NCBI RefSeq assembly: GCF_009914755.1
Contig: NC_060946.1
Strand: one strand, 5' to 3'
Source of the DNA: the human T2T-CHM13v2.0 reference genome, Homo sapiens
DNA: 64,000 nt
Below, in pieces: positions 16,595 to 38,827 of the stretch; positions within the stretch are counted from its first letter, which is position 1, and each line of letters begins with the position of its first letter. A model generated the notes under the pieces. The model did not search any database. It saw only the letters and a list, made by a program, of their open reading frames with translations, and was not told where the DNA came from. Position numbers and translations under genes: made by a program.

Positions 16595-17062
16595 TTTGGT
16601 GTCTCCATCTGTCTCCATTTATAGATATTTACAAAAGAAAGTCATGAGCAACAGGCCACAGTCATGCAAAAGAAACGCACCCCCCCCTCCCCAAACTAAC
16701 CCCCTGCCCACCCTGAAACCCCGAGATGTCCCCCGCCCAGCAGTCCAGCCACCTTCCCCAAGGTTCTGAGAGCAAAGAGGGCACGTCCTTGAAGAGTCAG
16801 TGGGGGAAGGGTGGTGGATCCGGGGACCTAGAGCCACCAGAAGTAGGCGCTGGCGGAACTCAGGCTGATCGGGGCCGAGCTCTTCCCAGGCCTGGGTGCT
16901 GGAGTCAGGAGGAAGGGGTCCCCCAGTCTTTGAAACCCCCACCTTCCTCCAGAAGGTCCACGGAGCCAGGGTTGGCTCTGTCCTGAGTGTGGGAGGGGGT
17001 GTCCTGGCATCCCACCCCCGGCAGAGGCTCTTGTGGGCAGTGGTGAGGGCCGGGCCTGGAGG
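16595..17062 (-). other. KCNJ4: KCNJ4 3' UTR (3' end approximate)
   Basis: Follows the TGA stop; variant signal TATAAA (minus, 16618-16623) followed by a U-rich stretch CTTTCTGCCGTTTTT. Confidence 0.65.
16618..16623 (-). terminator. KCNJ4: Candidate variant polyadenylation signal TATAAA
   Basis: No AATAAA seen between the stop codon and here; upstream UGUA (CFIm-type) motif and downstream U-rich element. Confidence 0.5.
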
Positions 17063-18400
17063 TCAGATGGCAGACTCCCTGCGGTAGGAGATGTTGTCCA
17101 GCGGGAGGGAAGCCTGCATGCGCTCCAGGTCCAGGTGGCTGCCGAACTCCAGCATCCGGATGATGCCCGCCTCCTCCTTGGAACCCGCCTCCAGGCCCAG
17201 GCCTGCGGCCACCGCGGCCGCCGCAGCTGCCTCCTCCTCCATCTCCTCTTCCTCCTGGCTCATAAGGGCCAGCTCGTTCTCGTAGCAGAAGGCACTGGGA
17301 GGGGGCGGTGGGGCGGGCAGCACGGTGATCTTACTCTCCTGCAGCTCCCGGGCCGAGCAGCAGGGCGTGCCGGCCACCTCGTAGGTCTTGTGAAAACGTG
17401 AGTAGTCCACCTTGTAGTGGCTCTTCTCCTCGAAGACCACAGGCTCAAAGCGGTGGCCCCACAGGATCTCGCTGGCCAGGTAGGAGCTGCGGGCCTGGGT
17501 GGTCATGGCCGTGGCCTCCACCATGCCCTCCAGGATGACCACGATCTCAAAGTCCTCCGACTCCAGCTCCTCCTTGCCCATGCCATAAAGCGGGCTGTCC
17601 TCGTCGATCTCGTGGACAATGATGATGGGCGACACCAGGAAGATGCGGTCCAGGCCGATGTCATAGCCCACGTTGAGGTCCCGCTGGTCCAGGGGCAGGT
17701 ACTCGCCCTCCTGGGTCATGTAGGGCTTGATGAGCTGGGCCCGCACGTGGGCCTCCACAATGTGGCTCTTGCGCAGGTTGCCCACGCGCCACATGAGGCA
17801 GAGCTTGCCGTCGCGCACCGAAATGACCGCGTGGTGGCTGAACAGCAACGTCTGCGCCCGCTTCTTGGGCCGCGCCATCTTGGCCATGATGGTGCCAATC
17901 ATGAAGGAGTCGATGACGCAGCCCACGATGGACTGGACCACCACAGCGATGACTGCCAGCGGGCACTCCTCTGTCACGCACCGGAACCCATAGCCGATGG
18001 TCGTCTGCGTCTCCACCGAGAACAGGAAGGCACCCAGGAAGCCGTTCACGTGCATGATGCAGGGCTTGGGGGCCACCGGGGCTGCTCCGCCACCACCCGC
18101 CGCCGGGCCCCCCGCCGCAGGCACCCCTGGGCTGGCCTCCAGGTCACCGTGGAAGAAGGCGATACACCAGAAGAGGAGGCCGAAAAAGAGCCAGGAGACA
18201 AGGAAGGCCGCGGAGAAGATCATGAGCATGTAGCGCCAGCGCGTGTCCACGCAGGTGGTGAAGATGTCCGCCATGTAGCGCTGCGACTTGTTGCTCAGGT
18301 TGGCGAAGTACACGTTGCATTGGCCGTTCTTCTTGACGAAGCGGTTGCGGCGCTTCCGCCGGGGCACGTGGGCCTGGCCGTTGCGGCTGTGTCCGTGCAT
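17063..18400 (-). CDS. KCNJ4: Inward rectifier potassium channel Kir2.3, 445 aa, single coding exon
   Basis: Kir hallmarks: [23 protein letters not shown], filter [10 protein letters not shown]2 GCVIDSF, PKKR PIP2 motif, FCYENE ER-export motif, C-terminal PDZ ligand ESAI. The Gly/Ala/Pro-rich outer loop, His117 and the E/A-rich tail are Kir2.3-specific. Confidence 0.99.
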   Translation of the reverse strand: MHGHSRNGQAHVPRRKRRNRFVKKNGQCNVYFANLSNKSQRYMADIFTTCVDTRWRYMLMIFSAAFLVSWLFFGLLFWCIAFFHGDLEASPGVPAAGGPAAGGGGAAPVAPKPCIMHVNGFLGAFLFSVETQTTIGYGFRCVTEECPLAVIAVVVQSIVGCVIDSFMIGTIMAKMARPKKRAQTLLFSHHAVISVRDGKLCLMWRVGNLRKSHIVEAHVRAQLIKPYMTQEGEYLPLDQRDLNVGYDIGLDRIFLVSPIIIVHEIDEDSPLYGMGKEELESEDFEIVVILEGMVEATAMTTQARSSYLASEILWGHRFEPVVFEEKSHYKVDYSRFHKTYEVAGTPCCSARELQESKITVLPAPPPPPSAFCYENELALMSQEEEEMEEEAAAAAAVAAGLGLEAGSKEEAGIIRMLEFGSHLDLERMQASLPLDNISYRRESAI

Positions 18401-18460
18401 GTCCTGAAGCCGGCGTGGTCACCTGGGAAGACGCAGGGCCTGCGGAGGAGAAGCCGGACA
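18401..18460 (-). other. KCNJ4: Splice acceptor and 39-nt untranslated start of the coding exon
   Basis: Minus strand reads TCCGGCTTCTCCTCCGCAG|GCCCTG; AG at 18441-18440, exon starts at 18439. Confidence 0.8.
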
Positions 18461-18884
18461 GGTGAGATGCTGGGGAGCGAGGGGCTCCCTCGGGGCCACT
18501 CAGACTCAGCCCCAAGACTCTCAGAAGCAGGTGAGCCTGGACCAGGACCTAAGACTTCCTCTGCCCCGGCAGGCGGAGGGTGGCAGCAGAGGTGGCTCTG
18601 ATGACAGGGTCTGAGCCAGTGCCACCCAGTCCGGCCCAGCTTAGAGACTGGGGTCCATAGACCAGGAAGCTAAAGCCACAAGGATCCAGGTCCTAGTCCC
18701 TGCCCCTCAACACTGCCCCTCCGGCCCTCCTATGCTCACTGTTCTGGAAGCTTCCTGATGCCCATCTTGGTTCCTCCCTGTCCCTCTGTCCTGCTTGCCC
18801 TGAGCATAGGGAGCCACGGAGGCGCTAAGCCCGCTTCCCTCCCTGGATTCCATCTCTGCACTTTTGGGCTTCTCGGGGGCTGGA

Positions 18885-19070
18885 CATCCTCCTGTGCACT
18901 AGCCACTGGCCACGTGTGGCTCTTTACATTTAATTAAAACGAAATAAAATATTAACTGCAGCTCCTTCCTTGCATGAGCCACATTTCAAGTGATCAGGAG
19001 CCACATGTGGTCAACGGCCACCACACTGGACAGAGAAGACACAGGAGAGTTCTATCACTGAGAAATTTCT
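18885..19070. mobile_element. MER3-like hAT-Charlie MITE
   Basis: TAGCCACTGGCCACGTGTGGCT ... AGCCACATTTCAAGTG .. AGCCACATGTGG .. TGGACAG. Confidence 0.7.
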
Positions 19071-26059
<6,989 letters not shown>

Positions 26060-27913
26060 TCAGGTCTGGTTTGATTGGAGGGGCTTTCCACTCCAACAAG
26101 TGGAACTTTGCAGGGAGGAAGAGAACTCAAGACCCCAGGCCCACGGCTCTTTGAGCTGTACCCCTCAAAGAGTAAGGGGAGCCAAAGACAGACTGAGCCA
26201 CAGGGGAAACTGTGGCAGGGTCCCCACCTGCCACTGCCCTCTGCAGGCCCTGCAGTCCCCTGTCCCTGGGAGGCCTGACTCCCTCCTCTTCATGAGTCTC
26301 AGGAACCCCCCGCCTGGTGCAGCAGCTTCAGCTCTGGAGCCTCTAAACAACTTTGTGCCCATGTGACCTTATGCGAGGAACTTAACCTCTCTAGTCCCTG
26401 CATGCCCCATCTTTAGGAGAAGCTAATAATAGAGCAGACTTCCTAGGACTGTAATGAGGACAAATGGGATCATGCACACCACGTGCCCAGCCCAGAGTAA
26501 GTGATCGATAAGGTGCATTTTACTCAAGGCTGAACATTGCTCCCTCTTGATTTCCTCCCCTCAATTTCAGATGCAGCATCCCAGAGCCTGCCTGGGCCCC
26601 ATCCACAGGGCCCTGCCCAGTTTGTCTTCATTCACTGCACTAGGGAGCTGGTGGGCAAGAAGAGCAGCCTCGGTGCTGTTCCACACAGAGCTGGGCTGGA
26701 ACCAAGCCGAGTCCCACTTGGCTCTAGCAGGTCACTGGATTCTCTGAGCCTCGGTATCTCCAATGGTGAAAGGAGCATCGCAGTGCCTACCTGCAGGGCC
26801 TGATGTGGATTGTCCCAAAAGCGCATGCCACATGGTGGGGGCTCAAGAAAGCTGTCCCCCTCCCCACCTTCTTCTGGACCACGAAATCCTGTGGTACACC
26901 TAGCCCCTCCCTCACCAGGCAGCCCTCTGACATCGCAAAAATTCAGGCTGAGCATCTGAGCATTGAGCACGCATTTACTCAGTACTTTACCCTGATCGAT
27001 TCCTATCATTCTCACAATGAACTCAGAGGAAATTATCATTACCCCTGTTTTAGAAGAAAACCAAGGCACAGAGAGGTTCAGCAACTTGCCCAAGGTCACA
27101 CAGTTTGTAAGTGGTAAAGCCAGGATGTGGGCCTGGGCAATGGGCATCAAAGCACGCTAACAAGGCATGCTACTGTCCTGCCTCGAAGAAATACTGTCAC
27201 ACGCTTGCTTCCACCTGGTACACATCCAGTCCTACTACGTGCCAGGTTCTGTGAAGTCAGTCCTATGGGGATGGAGAAACTGGATCACAGGGCAAGTTGG
27301 AGCCAGGACCCAGGTTCCTGATTTCAGGTCCAGCCAAACGCTGGAGACCAAGCTTTGGGCTCCACAGGGGCTTGGAGCAGCAAGGGGTGAACCGGCTCAT
27401 TCCTCCTACTCTGCACCCCACCGGGCCCTCCCAACCACTTGGCCAGCGAATGTGGGGCGGGGGAGCAGGCTGACAAGCAAGCTCCCCAAAATGTCCAGAG
27501 GGGCCTTTGGTGAGGGCCAAATCACAGGCGCTGGGGGCTGGAGGACCCAGAGGCCACCTGTTTCAACCCACAGGTGTGCCCTTTGCTGAATTGCTGACGC
27601 CAGTCCTCTGCCCTCCCTCGAGAGCTTCCCACCCTCCACAAATACCTGTGCCCATCTTCCCCACAGGGCTGTGAAGGCCAGTGGATCCCTGAAGCTTCTC
27701 TTTTCCAGAACAACCGCAGCTCCCTCAGTGGCGGCAGGTGGGGCTTCAACACCCCACTGCCTGGCTGGGGCTTCCACTCAGTTACTATGGACTGCACGCT
27801 AGCTGTGGGCCAGACACAGGCCTTGGACTCGGCCAGCTTATGCAAGAGCTGGAGAGACACACTCTGGATGGTAGGCATTTGCCATCACAGGCGGCCGGAT
27901 GTGTGTGGCGTTA

Positions 27914-31300
<3,387 letters not shown>

Positions 31301-32069
31301 GGAGAGGGGGTCTTAGACCCGGCCCCAGCAGCCCCACAGATGGGAGAGAAGCTGCAGAGCAGATGAGGAGGACCGGCCAGAGAGCAGGAGGAGTAGGGGA
31401 GGGAGGCCAGCTCACAGACAGGAGAGGGAGCTCTCAGCAGAGTTGCCCGGTAGGCCCTGCCCAGCCTGGAGCACCTGAGGACTGACCATGGTAGCCACAA
31501 GTCCCTCCTCCACTTGGCTTCCCTCCCTCCCCAGCCAGAAAGGGGGAAATCTCCTCATGGGCTGGGCAGAAAGGGAGGTGCTGGGGAAGAGCCAGGAGTT
31601 CTGCTGGGCGGGGGTCAGGGAAGTTGCAGCAGAGGTGACATGGTAACAGCCCATGTCTGATCATCATCTGACCCTCATCCCCGCACTCCAGCATGGGTGG
31701 GGCTGGGGGTGGGGGTGAGGTGGTGTTTGCTGCTGCCCCATCCCATTGCCTCATCCTTAGCTGTCAGCAAACAAGACTCCAGGAGTTGGGGCTGCCGGCT
31801 GGTGGGGGGTGTCTCCCAGAACCTAGGGGGATGGGGGCTAATGTGCCCCTCTCACTCACACACAGGATTTCTCTGGGATGCTCGGCTGGCCCCAGCAGGT
31901 GCCCCCTAAAGAAGTGGCGTGGGAGCAGGGAGGAGTGAGAACAGTCAGGGCTGAGTTCGAGCCCCACTCCCTCACTTATCCAGTGGAGGCCACTGGGTGG
32001 TATCGCCTGTGACGCCTCCTGGGCCCTCCTGGGACTCCAGCCTGAGACTCACACGTGGGGAATGAGCAG

Positions 32070-33296
<1,227 letters not shown>

Positions 33297-33299
33297 CTG

Positions 33300-34530
33300 C
33301 AGCCCTTCTTGAAGGGCATGACTTACTCTCCACTCTTCCTCACCTCCTAGTCTCCCCTCAGCCCCCTCCAGAGCTCCTCTGTGCCCCCTTCCCTCTCAGC
33401 AGCTCTGATGGAGGCTCTGGACTGGCCCTCGTTTTCCTCCTTGAGTCCTCCAGGCCTGAGGGTCCCTCTCCAGGTCGCCCCTTGCTCTCCTGCCTCTGGC
33501 CTCTCCATGACCCACACCGTGCAGTGCCCAGCTCCGCCATCCCACCTCCCTTCTCTTCTCCCCAGTCCTGTGATCTCATCCAGTCCTGTGGCTTAAAATA
33601 CCACCTAGCCTGCGCCTCCCTCCCAGGCAGCTACAAGCCCACTTGGCTCCTGCTCCCTGTGTCTGCTGGACAGTGAAGAGGCATCGCGAACCCGGCACTG
33701 CCAAGCCCAAGCCATGCCCCCGTCCTCCCCTCTCCTGCCTTCCCCATCTCAGTCTGTGACTCCTCCCAGGAGGTCGCTCAGGCCTGACACCTAGGCATCA
33801 TCCTCCAGCCCTCCCTAAGCCCAACCGCAATAACAATGGGTTAATAACTAACATGCACTTAGTGTTCACTGAGGGCCATGCACTGACTGGTCCACACCTG
33901 CAAGGCAGGTGCTGTCATCATCATCCCACAGTGGGCTTGGGAGCTTGCCCAAAGCGGGTGAACCTCGGGGCCCCGGACACGTCCCCTCACCTAGTCATCC
34001 ACCCCAAAGAGCCACATCACTATTGCAGCCCACAGTCTCTGCCCACCACCTCCTCCCACAGCCTCCACCCACCTCCCGCAGTCCATCTCCACATCACTCC
34101 CTGCTCAGAGCTCTCGTCTCCCCAGGGCACTCGGGATGAACGCCCCGCCTCAGAGAGGTCCTGCCCTCTCTGACTGCACCCCCTCCACTCTCCAACCACG
34201 GGAAGAGACCTTCCTTCCCGTCCCTTTAACGCACCAAGTTTATTCCTGTCTCTGGGCCTTTGCACTGGCTGTTCTTTCTGGTTGAAATTCTCTTCTCCAA
34301 GACTCCACCGCTTGTGCCTTCCTACCATTCAGGTCTTGATTCAAAGGCTGCCTGTTCCAAGAGGCCCCGAGGCCCTCCCTCCCATCCAGCTCTCAGATCT
34401 TCCTGGCAGCCCTTAGCAGTCAAACCAGTCTCATCTGCAACATCATTACAGGCAGGAACCTTGCCTCCCTACTTCACCCCGACTCCCAGAGCCTGGCATA
34501 GAGTAGCTGCTTCATAAATATCTAACGACT
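33300..34530 (+). mobile_element. L2 element (fragmented, with MIR piece)
   Basis: GTGATCTCATCCAGTCCTGTGGCTTAAAATACCACCTA, GGGCCTTTGCACTGGCTGTTC, and 3' end AGAGCCTGGCATAGAGTAG..ATAAATAT. Confidence 0.7.
34235..34295 (-). other. KCNJ4: Candidate alternative non-coding first exon of KCNJ4
   Basis: Minus-strand donor TTG|GTGCGT at 34235/34234. KCNJ4 has two 5'-UTR variants; placing one here relies on my recollection of the locus. A second donor TAG|GTGAGG lies at 33991/33990. Confidence 0.35.
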
Positions 34531-35304
34531 GACAAACAAGATAACCCAGCCCGTCAAAATTCCCGGAAAGGGTCTAACTGGGTCATGTGACACATTGTGA
34601 CCAAGGAGAAGCTATTTTTGACACGGTAGTCAGGGAGAACTTCCCAGCGGAGGTGGCCTCTGAGCAGTGACCAGGAGACCCTCTGTGTCACTGTACATGA
34701 GCACAATGGCCATGAGCAGAGGGGACAGAGGACAGGATGTCAGAGGGCTCATGCCTCTGCCTCACCCTCCACGGAGCATGGGCTTCTCTTCCCAGGTGTC
34801 CCCCAGGTGTCAGGGGCTCGGGGGAGGATGTCCTGGCCTCACCCAGGGATGGGTGGCAGGGACATGTGTACAGGACCTAGTGGGAGAGGGCATGGGAGAC
34901 AGGCCTCAGAAGGACCAGAGACAGCAGGAGGAACAGTCAGCCCCTGCCCATGACTCAATGCTGGGCCACAGCCCCAAGGGACTGTCACTGACAGAACGCC
35001 TGCCATGGGGGGGGCCACGGGCTGCATGCCCCTCTTTACTGCTGACCACCTTCCCACTGGCTCCTCAGGCCAGAGAATCTCCAACTCCAGCCGACCCCCA
35101 TCCATCCATCCATTCATTCATCACCCTAAATGTCCCCTGAGCTGGAACAGCATCTGCCTTCCTGCCAGGTGCCAGATGTGTCTCAACACAGCGCAGTGCC
35201 TTGCCTTGGAGGGCGGTCTGTAAATAATTGAGTGAACATTTATTGAGCACCTACTGTATGCTGAAGGGAAGCAGGTAAGTCACAAACCGGCTTTGCTGAG
35301 CTCC

Positions 35305-35351
35305 GTGCACGCATGTGTGCGTGCATGCGTGTGTGTGCGTGTGTGTGTGTG
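35305..35351. repeat. Alternating purine-pyrimidine tract
   Basis: GTGCACGCATGTGTGCGTGCATGCGTGTGTGTGCGTGTGTGTGTGTG. Confidence 0.85.
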
Positions 35352-35679
35352 AAAGGGCATAAAGAGAAGGTCCTAGGAAGATGAGGGCAAGCAGGAGGGC
35401 ACAAGGACAGAGCAGGGCTGGGCCTGGGCTGAGCGGAAAGCAGGGAATTTGGCCCGGCCTGGGATCTAGGCCCTGGGGAGAGGTGGTGGCTCTGGAGGAG
35501 CATGGGTGCCTGGACCTGGGTGGTCCACTGAGCAAGGGACAGGCGGCTACTTCTGAGGGCAGGACAGCAGCATCCTGGAAGTTGTGGCACCTATGTCTTT
35601 AGGAACCAAACATCCAGGGAAATCGGAACCTGAGCATCAGAACCTCTATCAGGGCGCCTCCTGGATTTCTACACAGGAC

Positions 35680-36082
35680 AGTAGCTTTCAAGTTTTTTGA
35701 CCAAAATCCGTAGTAAAAGCAAACATCCTGTTTGTTATTTTAACTTACTTTATATTTATTTTTTAGAGACAGAGTCTTGCTCCAATGCCCAGGCTGGAGT
35801 GCAGTGATGCGATCACAGCTCAATTGCAACCTCCTGGGTTCTTGCCATCCTCCCGCCTCGGCCTCCCAACGTGCTGGGATTACAGGCGTGAGCCACTGCA
35901 CCCGGCTATATATTTAAAGCTGAAGTAAGAGCGTCACAAAATAATATTTACCCTCACTACATGCATAGTATTTTGAAATTTTCTTTTTAATTTCATTTTC
36001 GGAAAACAAGTAGTGCAACTCACTAAGTCAATTTCCCAACCCACTAACGGGGCAGGACCTGTGTGCAATTTTAAAGCACTGG
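35680..36082. mobile_element. hAT-Charlie-type MITE interrupted by a minus-strand Alu monomer (~35750-35906)
   Basis: Terminal CAGTAGCTTTCAA ... TTAAAGCACTG inverted ends; AT-rich interior. Family not resolved. Confidence 0.55.
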
Positions 36083-36936
36083 CCTGAGTGGGGGTTAGGA
36101 GCGGTGAAATGGGATCCGGCGTGTGTCTTGAAGCTGTGACGGGCGGTGCTTGGACTCCGGGCTTTGTGACACACAACCATGTGGGGAATTGTTGGATGTT
36201 ATGGGGGAATACTGGGAAAAGTCTGTTAGACCCCCCAGCTCACAGGACCGCCACTCTGCAGCCCAAATAACAGGGACTCTTTGGGGTCTGGTTCCAATTT
36301 TTTCCCCGGGTCTTTTAATAGAGCCCCCTCCTGCCCTGATAACAGATGCCATTCAGCAGTTGCTTACACATCTCCCAGGACAGGGCGCTCACCCACTTCT
36401 CAGGCAGCCCACTTGACTGTGAGGAGTAAGCTCTGCCGGGCTGCTGATGTAGCTGCTAAGTGGGGCCCCGCCCGTGGCTGGCTGGCCATTCTCCTCTGTC
36501 CTCTAGCCTGTTGTCTCAGGGAGCCGGGACAGCTCTGGCAAGTGGTCCTCTCTCTGCCCCACCCAGTTCTCTCTCTCTGCTGCCCAGCCACTGCCGGGTG
36601 TCTGTTGGGGGCAGCCTTGGAGCCCAGCCAGAGAGAGGCCCTTTCCAAGGTCAGGTGGGCTCAGGATCTGAAGCCTCATGGCGGGGCTGGCACTCAGCCA
36701 GCCTTGCCCACCAAAGCAGTTCTGGGGGCCTGGGTGAGGGAGGGCCGGGGGAGGCTCAGCTGTCCAGAGAAGTGGTACCCCAAGGCAGTGGCTGGTGATG
36801 GGGGTCTGGAAATCAGGCCCAGCAGTGCCCTTGAGTGGTTGGGTCACAAAGTAGTTCATATCAACGAGCTATGATACATTCATTCACTCACAGGCTCACA
36901 GGATCTTCCCAGTCACCCTCAGAAACAGATGCAAAG

Positions 36937-37236
36937 GGCCAGGCACGGTGGCTCATACCTATAATCCCACCACTTTGGGAGGCTGAGGTGGATGGATCAC
37001 ATGAGGGTCAGGAGTTCGAGACCAGCCTGGCCAACATAGTGAAACCCCATCTCTACTAAAAATACAAAAATTAACCGAGCATGGTGGTGCGCACCTGTAG
37101 TCCTAGCTACTTGGGAGGCTGAGGCCAGAGAATTGCTTGAACTGGGAGGCGGAGGTTGCAGTAAGCTGAGATCGCGCCACTGCTCTCCAGCTTGGGCAAC
37201 AGAGCGAGACTCCATCTCAAAAAAAAAAAAAAAAGA
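36937..37236 (+). mobile_element. AluS element
   Basis: Full dimer; TSD-like AGAAACAGA(T/G)GCAAA. Confidence 0.9.
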
Positions 37237-38048
37237 AACAGAGGCAAACGCCCACCCTTACGGGGCAGGGGGTAAAGGCTCAGAGAGGTGAAAAACCTGC
37301 CCCAGATTCCGCAGCTGCTAAGGGGTGGAGCTGGACATGAACCCAGATCTTCTGTTTCCCAGTCACGGGCCTCGCCTGGGACAACTGAGGCTGGAGGAGC
37401 CTTGGGGTAGGGGAGGGGGAGGTGGGCCACTCCTCCTGTCTTGCTGAGAGCAGGCTGGGTTTCTCTGCCCCAGAGGGCAGGGCGAAGGAAAGAGGGAGTC
37501 AGGGATCAATTAGCAGAACCTTCCAGACACGAGTGGGCTTCCCCGGAGATGGGGAGCTCCCCGTGAGGAACAGTGAGGAGGGACTTGAGGCCCATTTCTC
37601 AGGATAACTGCAGAAGGGTATCCATGGGCACGAGGTTTGAAGGATGCCCAAAGCCCCTCTGCCTGCTCCATTTCACCCCCAGCCAGGGCCTCTCCAGCCT
37701 GTGCCCACCACCTCCCCTGTATGGCCCCAAGGAGCCCCTAATTGCGGACCCCATCCCATTTGTCTCCCAGGCTGAGTGGTACCTTCACACTCACAGGGCA
37801 GAGGGTCCTGGGCTTCTCAGGCCTATGAGGAGAGGGGAGGCTCCTGGGGGAGTCTAGGGTGGGGGCTGGGAGAGGAGCTGCAGGGGGTTGGGGGAAGCTT
37901 CACTGAGGTGTCCCAGGGGCCAACTCTGCCACCAACTTGAAGATGGGCACACCCCTCCCCTAGGCCTGAATCTCCCCATCAGTAAAATGGGGTCAGCTCC
38001 CCACAGCACATGCACCCTCTCCTGTGGCCCAGCTAAAGAACCCTCCCG

Positions 38049-38827
<779 letters not shown>

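Larger units (their letters stand above)
17060..18480. other. KCNJ4: Intragenic CpG island over the KCNJ4 coding exon
   Basis: Dense CpG and very high third-position GC throughout the exon. Confidence 0.75.

Noticed and set aside
17417-18601. 394-aa plus-strand ORF antisense to KCNJ4
   Set aside because: Shadow ORF produced by the high third-position GC of the Kir2.3 codons; non-ATG start and no recognisable domain.
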